From the NCBI GenBank assembly GCA_043228905.1, contig JBHGNT010000010.1:18166001-18230000 (forward strand): 64,000 nucleotides of DNA, given 5' to 3'. The notes beneath the pieces were generated by a model that searched no databases, was not told the origin of the DNA, and was given only the letters and a program-made list of their open reading frames with translations. Positions within the stretch are counted from its first letter, which is position 1. Each line of letters begins with the position of its first letter. The stretch comes from Azolla caroliniana. Its lineage: Eukaryota > Plantae > Polypodiophyta. This document shows, in pieces, positions 48,401-61,500 of the stretch. The position numbers and the translations under genes are program-made.

Positions 48401-49800
48401 AGTTCGACTCCTACATCAGGTAGGTTGGATACCATCGATCCGACTCCAACCCATGTATGTATGTTCGGCAACTGGTCGATGAGTTTGGGATTTATCTAAT
48501 CCTATATGTCGACGACATGTTGATTGCAGGAAGTGATCAAGAAGAAATTGGAAAGTTGAAGCGGAGTCTTCACGACAAGTTCGCGATGAAGGAACTCGGA
48601 CAAGCCCATCACATACTAGGCATGAGGATCGAGCGAAATCGGATGACCAAGACTCCTCCGACTCTCCCAGTCCGACTATATCCGGAAGGTGCTGAGGCGC
48701 TTCAACATGTAGAATGCGAAGCTAGCACCAACACCACTTCCGACGTCGATCCGACTATTGGACAGAGACTCTCCTTCAACAGAGAAGGAGAGAGAGCTTA
48801 ATGGAAAGATGCCCTACGCATCGGCCGTAGGAAGTATCATGTACGCAATGGTGGCAACCCGACCTGACCTAGCCTAAACCATAGGAGTGATCAGCCGGTA
48901 TATGTCAAACCCAGGACGAAAGCATTGGGAGACCATCAAGCACATCTTCAGGTACTTGAGAGGGACCGAAGATACACAACTGACTTTCGGTTTGACAACC
49001 TAAGCTGAAGTCGAAGTCTACACTGACTTCGACTATGCCGGAAATACGAACAATTAGAAGTCAACATCATGTTATATTTCCACCTATGGTGGCAATGTGA
49101 TATCATGGAGGTCGAAGCTTCAAGAGTGCACGGCCCTATCGACCACAGAGGCCGAGTACATAGCAGCATCGAAGGAAGCGAAGGAAGCGATCTAGTTGAA
49201 CCGATTGTCTACCAACTTCTCATCTACAAGCCGAATCGATCGACCAGTGCCAACCATCTATTGCAACTCACAAAGCACAATTCACCTCATTAACAATCCC
49301 GTCTATCACCCAAAGACGAAGCGCATTGAGGTACGGTAATCCGGGAGCTCATAACTGAGAAGAGGCTCGAAGTCCGAAAGATCGACACCGAGGTGAACAT
49401 CGCTGATTGCCTGACGAAGCCACTCCTAGAGCAACGCTTCGGAGCACTAAGGACAAATATGGGACTACGACAAGCAACCGAGCAGAAGAAAGCTGAACGA
49501 AGGGTAGAAGGTAAGAGTCGATTGAATCAATCATGATAATGAGCCATGCTAGACTCGACACGGATCTCACCTACATCGACTCGACTATATGCCGACCAAC
49601 GTGTAACATAAATTTAGATTATTGTTGTAATCTAGGTTTACAAGGGAGACAACCCCAAACACATGTACATGTAATGTAGGAAAGAGTAGTCCTTTTATGG
49701 GGGAGTTTGTTAGCATAAAAAGCCGACTCCTTCCACTTTGTATCCTAGTGTGAGTTCGCCCATATAGTTAGGGCTTAATATATAAGCGATAACCTAACGT

Positions 49801-50844
49801 TGTCGTGAAGATCCATCACTATGTGCAGATCGTGAGGCGGAACCGCGGGGGTTCTGGACCGGAAGGACTCGAAGCACGCACTAGCTTTAACGAGAAAGGA
49901 TTTAAGACAGTTTGAGGGAGAGAGATTGAGATGGCGAGAGAGAGAGTGAGAGTGAGAGAGATAAGATCGAACTTTTAACTTTAGATTTGAGAGACAAGAT
50001 ATATCATCAATTGGAGAACGAATTTTTCTTCTTCTTAAATTCTTGAATCATACATAACATACCTTTGATCTTTTTCATCCATCCTTTTATAGATGCTCCC
50101 ATGCATATGATACATGCGAGGGTACAAGACATGCATACAATGCATGGAATGCATGTGATGCATGTTTGCCATTTGGCGCTCATGCATCACATGTCACTGA
50201 ATCAAGCTCTAATATGAGAATTTACATGTAAAATTATAATGATAAGAAAAACATTTCTAAGGAAATGTTGTAGCCTAGTGATAAGTCTATAGACTCTCAA
50301 TGTGGAGGTGCAAGGATCAAGTCTTCATTTGTACTCCTTTTGAATATACATATTATTAATGTTTTTTTTTTTACAAGGCGTTTCTCCGTCCGGTCGTCGT
50401 TTCACCAGCTCCGTCGGTCGCCGGTCGCTGTCGGTTACCGCCGTCATCGGATCTGTCCAAAACACATAGCTATATGCATTTCACTACATCCATTTATTAA
50501 GTCATGCAACTTAACCTTTCTATGCTCCACACAAAGATAATAGCTTTTGCTCTGCCTTATATATGGTGGAATCTTTATTTGTCCTATCTATGTGGGACAT
50601 CACATTGTTTTCTTTTCTTCTTTGCAAACTTTATACCCACATAACTTGACACTTAGGTGTCTGTTTCTTACGTAGTAAAGTGTATTTAGAAGTTCTTCAA
50701 GACCTCCATCTTTTTGTACCAAGATATTAAACTTATTTAAAATAGTATCTTTACTATTATTTTTCTATATTTCGTGAGAAGAACCACACTCGATTTCGTA
50801 TGTTCCTTACAAGTTTCACACTGTCGCCGAAAATCTTCACGACA
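49801..50844 (-). mobile_element. Solo LTR, Trp family type 2
   Basis: Homologous to 28096-29239 and 35793-36831; perfect 4-bp TSD ACGT. Confidence 0.92.
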
Positions 50845-50890
50845 ACGTTGTAAAGTAAGCATCACTTGATCATTCTTGTACAGAGTCTCT

Positions 50891-50928
<38 letters not shown>

Positions 50929-51038
50929 AGAAATAAAGAGAGCTTCTATTAAAGCTTCATCTGTGTATCTAACATCTGTCTATATCTTCTTGCCCTCCTT
51001 CTGTGTTGTTTGCTGAGCACACTTGACAAATCCTCACA

Positions 51039-52322
51039 TACGTTTCCGCGCATATCTGTAATTCACTTGATTCCATTCGGGAGCATATTGAGACCGATAC
51101 ATTCGCCTAAGAGATTTTGAACCATATTATCCCAAATCGTGCTTCCAGGTCCCAATCTCAAAACCCTCTTTAGACTACACCTAGTTCAGTTGGCATGATG
51201 GTTTACTTTTTCAACAAACTCTCTTGTATGTATTGGACGGTCTTCTCGACTCGAAGTCGTGCAACAATGTCATGACACACCAATGGCTGGACATTTCGAC
51301 ATCCACAAGACTTTTGAGTTTATTTCTCTCTGATATTGGTGGTCACGGCTTCGCCATTTTGTTACGGATTATGTTCGTAGTTGTGATATATGTTGTCGAT
51401 CATCCATATGGCTTATTACAGCCAATGCCTATTCCTAAGAACCCATGGAAATCTATTTCCTTGGACTTTATTACGAATCTTCCACCTTCCAAGCGTTTTG
51501 ATTCTATTCTCACGGTAGTAGATCGTTTTACAAAGATGGCGCATTTCCTTCCATGCAACTAGCCAAGAGACAACCAATTTACTCATGCGGGAGGTGTTTA
51601 ACCATCATGGTCTTCCAGTTGATATTATCGGTGATCAGGGCCCCCAATTCATCTCAAAATTTTGGTGGCACATGTTCAAACTCTTACATACTTCTTGTAA
51701 ACTCTCTTCCGACTACCATCCAAAGACTAATGGGTAGAGTGAGCGCACCAACCAAACAGTCGAACAATATCTTCGTTGTTTTGTCAACTATCAACAAGAT
51801 GATTGGGTTGATCTATTACATTTGGCAGAATTTGCTTACAACAACTCCGAACATTCTTCTACTAGATATTCCCCATTTTTTCGAACATTGGGTACCATCC
51901 TCGTTGGACAATGCTTGAACATCTCGAACTTCCGACAAACCCAATTGTTGAAGATCGGCTCACCCGACTCCAAGAAGTTCAAGATATATTTTTGCACCAT
52001 TTATGTGATGCTCAAACCACTCACAAGAAGGTTGATGACCATCATCTGCATGATTCATTGACTACGTTTCAAGTAGGCGATCGAATATGGCTCTTAGGCT
52101 CTTACAAGGTAGCATTAAGACCACTCGACCTTGCTACAAACTGGATTATCAATGTTTCGGGACATATGTGATCTCTGGTAAGATCAATGATGTGACATTT
52201 CGCCTTGATCTTCCTCCTCATATGCCTCTTCACTCGGTCTTCCATGTTTCACTTTTGGAGCCCTACACACCAAACTCTATTCTGGGTCGTCTTACAACAC
52301 CCCCACCTCCAATCGAAGTTTC
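51039..52322 (+). pseudogene. Degenerate integrase region of a B-like chromovirus
   Basis: [52 protein letters not shown], collinear with B pol; stops before chromodomain. Confidence 0.88.
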
Positions 52323-54100
52323 CAATGTTACTAAAATAAAATAATAAATACCTTATTATATGTACTTAGATATGATCTATATACAATGAGTGATTGATAT
52401 TGAAACGAGAGAAAATTGTTGACATGAACTCTAATCGCTCTAGTATCAGTATGTTCTCCCAAGTATATTTTGAGCATTTTAGCATCTTTTGTATTGTGAA
52501 AATGGGCTTTAAGAGGTAGCAAAGGTTGAAATATTGTTGGAGTGTTTATTGCAAACAACATTTAGAAATTTATTACTAATGGAAACCTCTATATGAGTTG
52601 AAACCCCATAAAATTATGTTGTAGTAAAAAATGCCATTTGTAGAAAATGGTGCTTAAAGTTGTATGATGTGGCTACTTAATGAAAACTAGTTTAGGTTGA
52701 TTGACCAATACATGGTTATGTAGAAATCCATGTAGTCTACAATATGTGCCCAATTTTTCACTTAGAGAAAATGTTTATACTACAAAATAACTCAAAATAA
52801 CCAAAATGTTTTCTAAAACTATAACCACGTCTAAAGAATATCACGAAGATGCCCAAGAACTTCTCGTGAGTTGTGAAGAGCATACAGAAAATGTTGATTT
52901 GAATCTTGGTGATTGTTGCTTATGATGTTGTAGAATATTGATGATTGTAAAACATCCTACGTGCAATATGTACTAAAGTTATAACAATCTAAATAGTTAA
53001 TGTATTTTTCTCAAGCATTTTCTCCATCAAGTGTTTGAGTTATGGATATTCCACAACAATCATCACCTGCTTTTACCAATTTTGAGGCAAAAAGAAAACC
53101 GATATACTATTATAGTTATAACTTATGAGTTTGATCCATTCTAGTGCTTTTGAACCCATCATGATATGTGTGTTGTTGAAGACATAATTTAAGATTTCCC
53201 CAAAACATGGGGATTGCTCTCTTCATTTTGGAGCTCTTGTGAGCTCACTCTTTTCTCATATTTGCCAAGTATCATTTTGAAAGAACATTGTATGAATCCA
53301 CTACCTTGATGAACCACTCAAGTATTAGGTTCTCCATCATTAGTTATCTAAGTCTTATATGGTTTCGAGTACAAGGTGCCCATCAAGATTCGCATGTTTG
53401 AGTACAATTGCTAGTTTTAAAGTCCCCTTTTGGAAGAATGTTCTACTATGTGGAATTTCTATAAATCATGATGCTTTTTCATCTATGTTTTCTTCACAAT
53501 ATTTCTCTTTATTTGTGCATATACCTAATCAAATTACATCAATAGTTGGCATGTGCTATGTTCAGCAAAGTTCCCTTCCTAATTCAATTTTTATGAGCCC
53601 TTGTTACCTTTGTTTGCTTTAAATAGTTGACAAAATACCCTTACAATATATTGTGTTTAGGTGTGAATCCACTTGATAAGTGCCACCAAGCTGTAGAACT
53701 AGCCATTCAAGTTATGTGTGTCACTAAGTGATCGAACCAAAGACAAGTAACATAATGATTTATCTGTGTTATTATGCTTATCTTATGTAGTAATTACATT
53801 TTGCAATTATAACAAGGCCTCATAACCTCTATATACTATGAATTTGATTTACTTCTCAAATTTTATCTTTTATATATTTCCAAATGTGGTTACATGAATG
53901 TTAACCAAACGTTGTTGCCACTATTCTCAGTGATGGTGGGTTTAACTTATAATCAGAAATGGAAATTAAAACTTTTTTATCCGTTAATCAAACATCATAG
54001 TTGCATAATCATTTTACTAACTTTCACGTCATTTAATTGTTTTGCATGGACCTCTTTACTTATAAACAATACATTCCAAATTAACATAATAATGTGTTTT
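52323..54100 (-). mobile_element. Possible highly decayed hAT DNA transposon
   Basis: Faint minus-strand motifs in hAT order and spacing (H.LN near 53715, GREL near 53575, DGEP near 53335, dimerisation-like near 52860); CAATGTT terminus-like sequence where the chromovirus fragment stops. Confidence 0.4.
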
Positions 54101-57054
54101 AGATGTTTGTGTGTATTATTTGTGGTGTGTACATGCATATCAAGTACACATTTGTGGAAAAGTCACATGGTGGTGGAGGAATAGACCTTTGATAATTCCA
54201 AATATTGTGAAAATTGTTTGGGAAATTATGGTTGTAAAGGTCTTGGGTTTAAACATTATAAATCTATTATTCACATGTTTCAACAAGTCTATCATGATTT
54301 ATCTTAGCAAAATTGAAAGTTTCTCCCCCCTCAAAAACACCTATTTTCCAAATTTGTGTTTCACAAACCACGGTCCACAGACTTGAAAACAACATCATTT
54401 CCTTCCTTAGGCAATGGGCATACAAAATACAAGCATTGCATATCCCATAGCTAGGCCATTTGATCAATTTATTCACTTTGGGGAAATTTGGCAAATGCAA
54501 ATTGATACAGCCTTCATAAATCAAGCAAATACATAACTAGGCCACGAGATCCACTTATTTGCTCTCGAAAATAATTGTAAACATTACCTTCTATTCGGCA
54601 TTTGTGTAGAAGTCATTTCGTTTGATATGACAGGATTGTTGTCTTGTATAAGCCAGAAATGGAATCAACATTCTTTTTTAACATGAAGTACTAAAAATGT
54701 GGGACTATTTAAGATAGAAAAAGAGGAAGTAAACCATGTCTACTTGCGCAAATGTTTATTATTCATGTGGCCATGGTTGAGTGTTTGGATTTACCAGAAA
54801 AATGGGACCACAATCTTACTCAATTCTTTTCTTTATACGTTTTCTTTGTTTGCCAAATTTGCTCAAATGAAAACGAGATACAATATATGACTTTGTCAAA
54901 CCTTGCCTCACTGGTGCTTTGTATCCATTTGCTACCTTTGAAGTTCATATGCGTCACATTATTAATAGAAGAAACTATTGCCATTTGATTTTGGTTCGCC
55001 CTTTCTCTCTCTAGTTTCTTACATTCAGTTTGTGATGCGACTTGATAGGTGCCTTCGAGGAATTGAATTTATGCATTTGACAATCTTTCTCGCGCACATG
55101 CGTGCCATCTTTGTTACAAATTAGATAAGCACCTCTATAAATTCCACTTCACAATAATGGGAGTGCATGATAACCCTAATATGTTAATAATTCAAATTTC
55201 AGATTTTGTTCTCAATCTAACGAAAAGTTTTGTTCCATTACGCTTCAAGAAGAAGATTATGGTTGCTATCCAAATTACTTACCGCCAATTTTTCAATTAT
55301 AGGTAGATTTAACATATGATTTGAAGTCGAAATTAACACGATCATAACACATGGTTGTTTTACCATATTTATATAGATTTGAGTGGTTCAAAACACAAAA
55401 GCACAACCATAATGCAAAACTAATTAGCTTGAAAACTTACACATTCAACTATTATCCATTCTAATATATAATTTGTGTATGCATATACATGCACATGCAC
55501 ATGCATATACGTATATTTTCATATGTGTGCTCCATGCCTCAGACTTATTTGGAGATACATGCACACCACATCCTAGACTTATTTTTTTTCACATTTTACT
55601 AAGTACTATATGACTTCATGCTGAAGGAATAAATTATTTATAATATTAATCGCCATAAGATAAGTGATACATTTATATCCTTAAGGTCTCCAATTCAAAC
55701 CTAATAAGTCCAATATTGATTGCTTTTTTTTTTTTGACAAGTTTGCAAGAGTTCTAAATTGCTACATCATAGCCAACAACATGCAAACTAATAGTTTTCC
55801 TTAGGTTATGGGTTTACAAAATCAGTTTCAACAAGTAGAGGGTTGGAATTCTTTCCTCAATTGGCAAGGCAGATGGTCAAGCTCTACTAGGACGTGGCGG
55901 TTTGCTTTGTGTCGAGGCTAACAATGATGCTGGTGTTTTCTTTTGTTGCAATGAGAATGTGGTGTTAAGGTGAAACAAGTTGAATGTGGGTGGCTGAAAT
56001 CGTTCACCAAAGTTGGTTGGCAAGGTTGGGTTAAAGTTGTGTGTGGTCAAGTAGGAGTTGTGGGTGCTCATTGGGTTACTAGTTTGGTTTGGCACATCAA
56101 GGAACTTTGTGCAACATTGATGGGGGAGAGGGGTGGGGTGTGCTTGTTGTGGACTATTGGCCTTCAAACAACATTCACAAATGTTGCCCAATGGGATACA
56201 ACAATTCATCATGGTCGTCAATGTTTGTCCTTGAAAGACTAACAATCATGTTGAGCATATTGAGAATATGTACACGTGACATTGGCGGTGGTTTCCTCTA
56301 AACACTAAATTGTCGTCAACAAATGGTAGTGGGGTGTTATGTACACATAACGTTGGTGAGGGTAGGTCACTAATATTTACATTAGTGAAGGGTATGTTCA
56401 CTATTATTAAAAAGGGGACTAATGATTGGATAGAATGAATGATATGTGCATGCACTATCATGATTTAGACAACCAATGAATAGAGAGCCTTTTAGAAAGG
56501 CACATCTATTCAAGGGGCCTAGGAAAAGGTATAAATATGAGGCTTAGCTACCCTCATAAGGATCATGACGTCGGAAGGCTGCTGTCGTAGACACCGGTGG
56601 TGCGGGCTAGGCTTTCGTCTCGACGATCGTGTTTATCTCTTCCAAGGTATTAGTCATCCTAATATCCGGCGGTATGGGACGTCGGTGGTAGGTTGGCTAT
56701 GTCTAGATCATAGCTCGGGGGTGGTCGGGTGGAACGGGTTCTTCTATCCAATCTATTTTCTTCCTTTTTACTTGATTTGGTCTATTGATTAGTAATAGAC
56801 TCTTAACAGTGGTATCAGAGCTTTTACTAACAATTTTTTTTGTTGTTTTGATGTTTTTTGCGTGTGAGCGAGGGGGATCTAACAAGGCTCGTCATGCTCT
56901 TCTCAGGATCAAAACAACACTCTAAACCCGGTATTCTTCTTTTTTGATCTCTTCTCTTTTTCTATTATGCGTTCTTTATGGTCGAATCAAATTGGTATTA
57001 CATTTTATTCTCTTTCTTTCTACCTCCTACTACGCTACGATTTTACTTATTATT

Positions 57055-57580
57055 ATGCATCGGGCCGAGCGTGTTTGCACTAATCGCACACGCTCAACTC
57101 ATGGCCTTTTGCATATTGCGATATATATCCCACTCTCTCCTCTCTTGAACTCTTACGATAATAATTATTCTTGTGCATTGGGTCGAGCGTGTTTGCTCTA
57201 ATCGCACACGCTTATCTCATGGCCGTTTTGCATATGATGTTGAGTATACCACTCTTCCTCTCTATTGAGCCATCACTTGGCCGATTCTAAGGGATGACGT
57301 GGCCTTGACGAGGTGTATGTTGCCTACCTATGCCACTCTACTCTCTATTAAGCCATCAATTGGCCGATTCTATGGGATGTTGTGGCCTTGACAAGGTATA
57401 TGTAGCTTACATATGCCACTTTCCTTTTTAATTAGCCATCAATTGGCCGATTCTAAGGGAAGATGTGGCCTTGACGAGGTATATGTCACTTACCTATGCC
57501 ACTTTCCTCTTTAATTAGCCATTACTTGGCCGATTCTAGGGATATGTGGTGGTCTTGAGGAGGTGCATGTCAACTACCCT
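57055..57580. repeat. Tandem repeats in L 5' leader: two ~119-bp units, then four 83-bp units
   Basis: CGAGCGTGTTTGC twice; TTGGCCGATTCTA at 57277, 57360, 57443, 57526. Confidence 0.88.
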
Positions 57581-58569
57581 AGGGTTTCGTATCTTAGGGC
57601 ATGTTTGATTCCATACACCTAATTGTTGATTATTCTAATTAAATCTTAATTTCATAAGTATTGTTTCACTTATATGATTTTCTAGTAATTATTATTTACC
57701 CGCCCACAATTAACTCTCCTTTTTCCACTTCCTTTTCATGTATAAAGTATTTACATCGTTTATTTTTAATGTAACCTTTACGTGTAGACTATTTTTTTCG
57801 TATGGAGTGGCTTGTTGAACGATTTTTTTTTCTCAACGGGTCATCTAGGTTTAACTCTTATCATCAAGCCTTAGAAAACGAGTAAAACCATATGAGTTCC
57901 CTTATTGATGTTTTACTCATGGATTTGAGTATTACATCTTTGCGCACAACACCGTCATCACTTGTATCAATTTGTGGCTTATGTCACAATTGTGCAAGTT
58001 ATAACAATCATATTGGGATGTATATGTGCATACCTTGCACTTCCCATTTATTTGTGACATTGTTTTTTTCGTAGGTAACACATGGGTTCTTTTTTTTTTT
58101 TACCCTTGTTTTCGTCACTACTTAACTCTTATGAGTAGTGCCTTATTTTATCATTTTATCATCACGTTTGCTTATTGCTCGCAAGACTAGAATATTACTT
58201 GTGAGTGCACTTGTTTTTTCACGTAATACACTTTCTCGACCATATAATACATGATGGGTTGGCATTAATATAAGGCTATCTAGGAAATTTCATTGATGTA
58301 AGAACCATGGTTGAGCCTCGGGGAGCCGCCATGATTACTCAAGATAGAGATCCGAGAAATACATCTTAGCTATGTTTTCCCCCATGGTTTTTAAAACACC
58401 ATAGTGTTACCATAGTTATCGGATCTCGAATCACATCTCATATGTCTAGAGGGGTAAAGACATGAGATACTTTCTTGGATAAAGTTCTTTCAATCAAAAT
58501 TTCAAGCATTCATTTTGCTTGTGTATTTTCTGAACCTCCTTATTTTATTGCATACCCACAGCGTGCATC

Positions 58570-61500
58570 ATGGAACAAGTTTTGAACGCAGTTGGAACGA
58601 TCTCTCCAAATGAGACCTCTCAACCCCAATCCGCATCTCGCACACAAGCTGAGATCACTATTGAGCAATTGCTCACTACTACCTTGAATCAATTGGCCGA
58701 AATGAGACAGGCCAATATGGCATTGGAAAAGAAATTCCAAGAATTAACTATTGAGTCCAAGAAAGAAGGTGAACCTTCCTTCGTAGTCACGCCTTTCAAG
58801 GGAGATAAGAAAGAAAGAACCGAGGAGGCCATTAGCACTTGGCTTGGTCGTTGGGAGTCTCACTTTGAGCTTCATCCCAAGCCCGATGCAGTAAAAATTG
58901 GTTATGTCGGTCGTGAGTTAGGTGGCCGAGCTGCTGCTTGGTGGCGTGGCCTAAGGACCGCAAAAAAACTTACCCACAACTTGGGAAGGTTTCGTTGATG
59001 TTTTTAAGAAACAATTCTTGCAGCCACCTTCTCAAACCGAACAAGCGCAACACTTGCTCGCATTGTCTAGTAAGCCATTTACCTCTCTCGAGGATTATGT
59101 GCATCACGCTCGGACCCAGATCCAAAAATCGGGACTTACGGGTGAGAAATGGTTTGTCGCTTGTTTTTTGAATGGTATTCCCAATGGGGATTATCATTGG
59201 ATTGTCCATGACAAGGACCCCACAACTTTCGAGGAAGCCGTCAACATTGTGCTGCGATACCATAGGACTTCCAAGAAAGACCACAATAAACCTGAGTTCG
59301 CCAAAACTCCGAATGTCAAGTTCATTGGGAAACGTAAGCAATCCAGTGACACTCTTGACCGCGACTCAAAGAAACCGAACCTCTTCTGTGCATATTGCAA
59401 GAAGCGGGGCCACACAAAGGATACCTGTCGTCGTCTTGAGAGGAAGTCAATGAACACCCCTTCTCAAGACAAATCTACGAGTCACACAGGTGAGTCTTTT
59501 GATATTGTTGAAGTTCATACCAATCACTTAAGTTTATGTGAATGCACTTTTCCTTCACATTTACTTGGACCTAATGATTTACTCCGAGCAGTCGGATATA
59601 TCAATGGAACACAAGCACATTTCTTGTTTGATTCCGGTAGTCTCACAATTTTCTTAATGATCACTTTGTGCAGCAAATGGAGCTCCACATAAACGCAAGT
59701 GATCATATCTATCAAGTTCACATGGCAAATGGAAACGTTCAATACATCAGTGGCATTGTTTGTCAACTGCCAATTCAAATAGATACTTATTTGGAGAAGC
59801 TTGACTTTCATGTTATGAAATTACAATCCGCAGATGTCATTTTAGGATATCCTTGGTTTTTTAATAAAAACCCTTCTTTGTCCATTGATTGGGTTAATCA
59901 CTCAATCACATTTGAACTTAATAATTGTAAACATTTTATTCAATGTTCCAAACTTCCTTCTCATTCACTTGTGTCTTCTAAATCTTTAAGTGAGTATTCT
60001 AGTTCATTAATTTATTCGTGTGTAATTGATCCTGCGGTTCAATTTTATTATTTTAATATTGACGCCACACAATTACCACATTTTGAGCAACGATTACTCG
60101 ACTCTATTTTAGAGGATTTTCAAGATGTGTTTCCTACTGAATTACCGCTTACTTTACCACCTAAACGTAATGTGGACCATCAAATTGAACTCATCCCTGG
60201 GGCTGCTCCTGTGAGCATTCCACCTTACCGACTTAGTCGATTAGAAGAGGATGAGATCGCTAAACAACTTAAGGAATACTTGAGTATGGGCCACATTAGG
60301 TATAGTAAATCACCTTGGGGTGCGCCAGTTCTATTAGTCAAGAAGAAGGAAGGTTCGTGGCGAATGTGTATCAATTATCGCCGTTTGAATAAAATGACAA
60401 TTAAGAATGCATATCCATTACCTCGTGCCGATGATTTGATTGATCGTTTGCACGGGGCTCGATATTTTACGAAAATTGACTTACGAACTGGTTATCATCA
60501 GATTCGCATCGCCGAGGATGATATTCCTAAAACCGCTTTTCGTACGCGCTATGGCCATTATGAGTTTTTAGTCATGCCGTTTGGGTTGACTAATGCTCCA
60601 GCCACATTCCAACAAGCGATGAATGATGTTTTCCGAGATCAACTCGGTGATTTTGTTGTCGTCTTCTTGGATGATATTTTGATATATAGCCGTACCTTGC
60701 AAGATCATGTTCAACATGTTCGATTTGTTTTGCGAAAGTTGTGTGACAACTCTTTCTATGCAAAACATTCAAAATGTGACTTCTTCCAAAAATCTATTGT
60801 GTACCTAGGTCATTTAATTACAGAAAATGGCGTGGAAATTGAACCTTCTCGTATTGAAAAGGTTAAACTTTGGCCCATTCCTCGTAATATTCGTGAACTT
60901 AGATCATTCTTAGGGTTTGTTGGATTTTTACGAAAATCAATTCGTAACTATTCCAAATTGACTACGCCATTAACTGACCTTTTAAAAGGTCATCCACGTA
61001 AGTCTGTCAAACCAATTTCATGGAATGAACAACTTGACAAATCATTTGAGACACTCAAGGAGCATGTGTGTCAGGCTCCCACTCTTCTATTACCAGACCC
61101 TTCTAACCCTTTCTCAATTGAAACCGATGCTAGTGATTATGCTATTGGTGTCGTTCTTTATCAAGGTGGTCACCCTATTGCTTTTGAAAGTAAGAAGCTT
61201 GATGCTGCTCAATCTCGGTATTCGGTTCAAGAGAAAGAATTGTTTGCGGTGATACACGCACTTAAAACATGGAGGCACTATCTCTATGGAAATAAATTTG
61301 TGGTTACAACAGACCATCAATCATTAAAGTATTTTTGTGACCAACCCGATCTTGTTGGTCGTAAAGGCCGTTGGGCTGACCTTATGCAAGATTTTGATTT
61401 TTCCATACGCTATCGCAAGGGTTCTATGAACACCGTTGCTGATGCTCTTAGTCGCATTAAAGAAGTTAACATGCTTAGCTTCACGGAAATAAAATCTGAT

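Larger units (their letters stand above)
33620..51038 (+). mobile_element. Element H: degenerate Ty1/copia, 5'-truncated, split by four insertions
   Basis: Segments 33620-33943 (LWHGRLG, CEHCQYGK), 36832-38285 ([12 protein letters not shown]), 42844-43109 (LDVKTTFLH), 48401-49500 (LYVDDML, RH); PPT near 49698-49705; 3' LTR about 49708-51038, split by solo LTR; right end approximate. Confidence 0.85.

Noticed and set aside
49801-50844. MITE or DNA transposon, given 12-bp terminal inverted repeats
   Set aside because: The same sequence occurs next to a PPT at 28096-29239 and 35793-36831, so it is a solo LTR.
14010-50925. (CA)n, (TA)n and (GA)n microsatellites
   Set aside because: Ordinary LTR-internal simple repeats.
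52330-56330. Host protein-coding gene in the AT-rich region
   Set aside because: Only short low-quality ORFs and no convincing exon structure; better explained as decayed TE.
56565-56792. Duplicated 75-aa ORF (also 62921-63148), and 90-aa ORF 15827/20485
   Set aside because: Duplicated only because they lie inside LTRs; no evidence of coding function.
24082-57580. Tandem arrays (54, 48 and 83 bp) as CRISPR-like arrays
   Set aside because: Units are contiguous with no unique spacers, there are no cas genes, and the context is eukaryotic TE.
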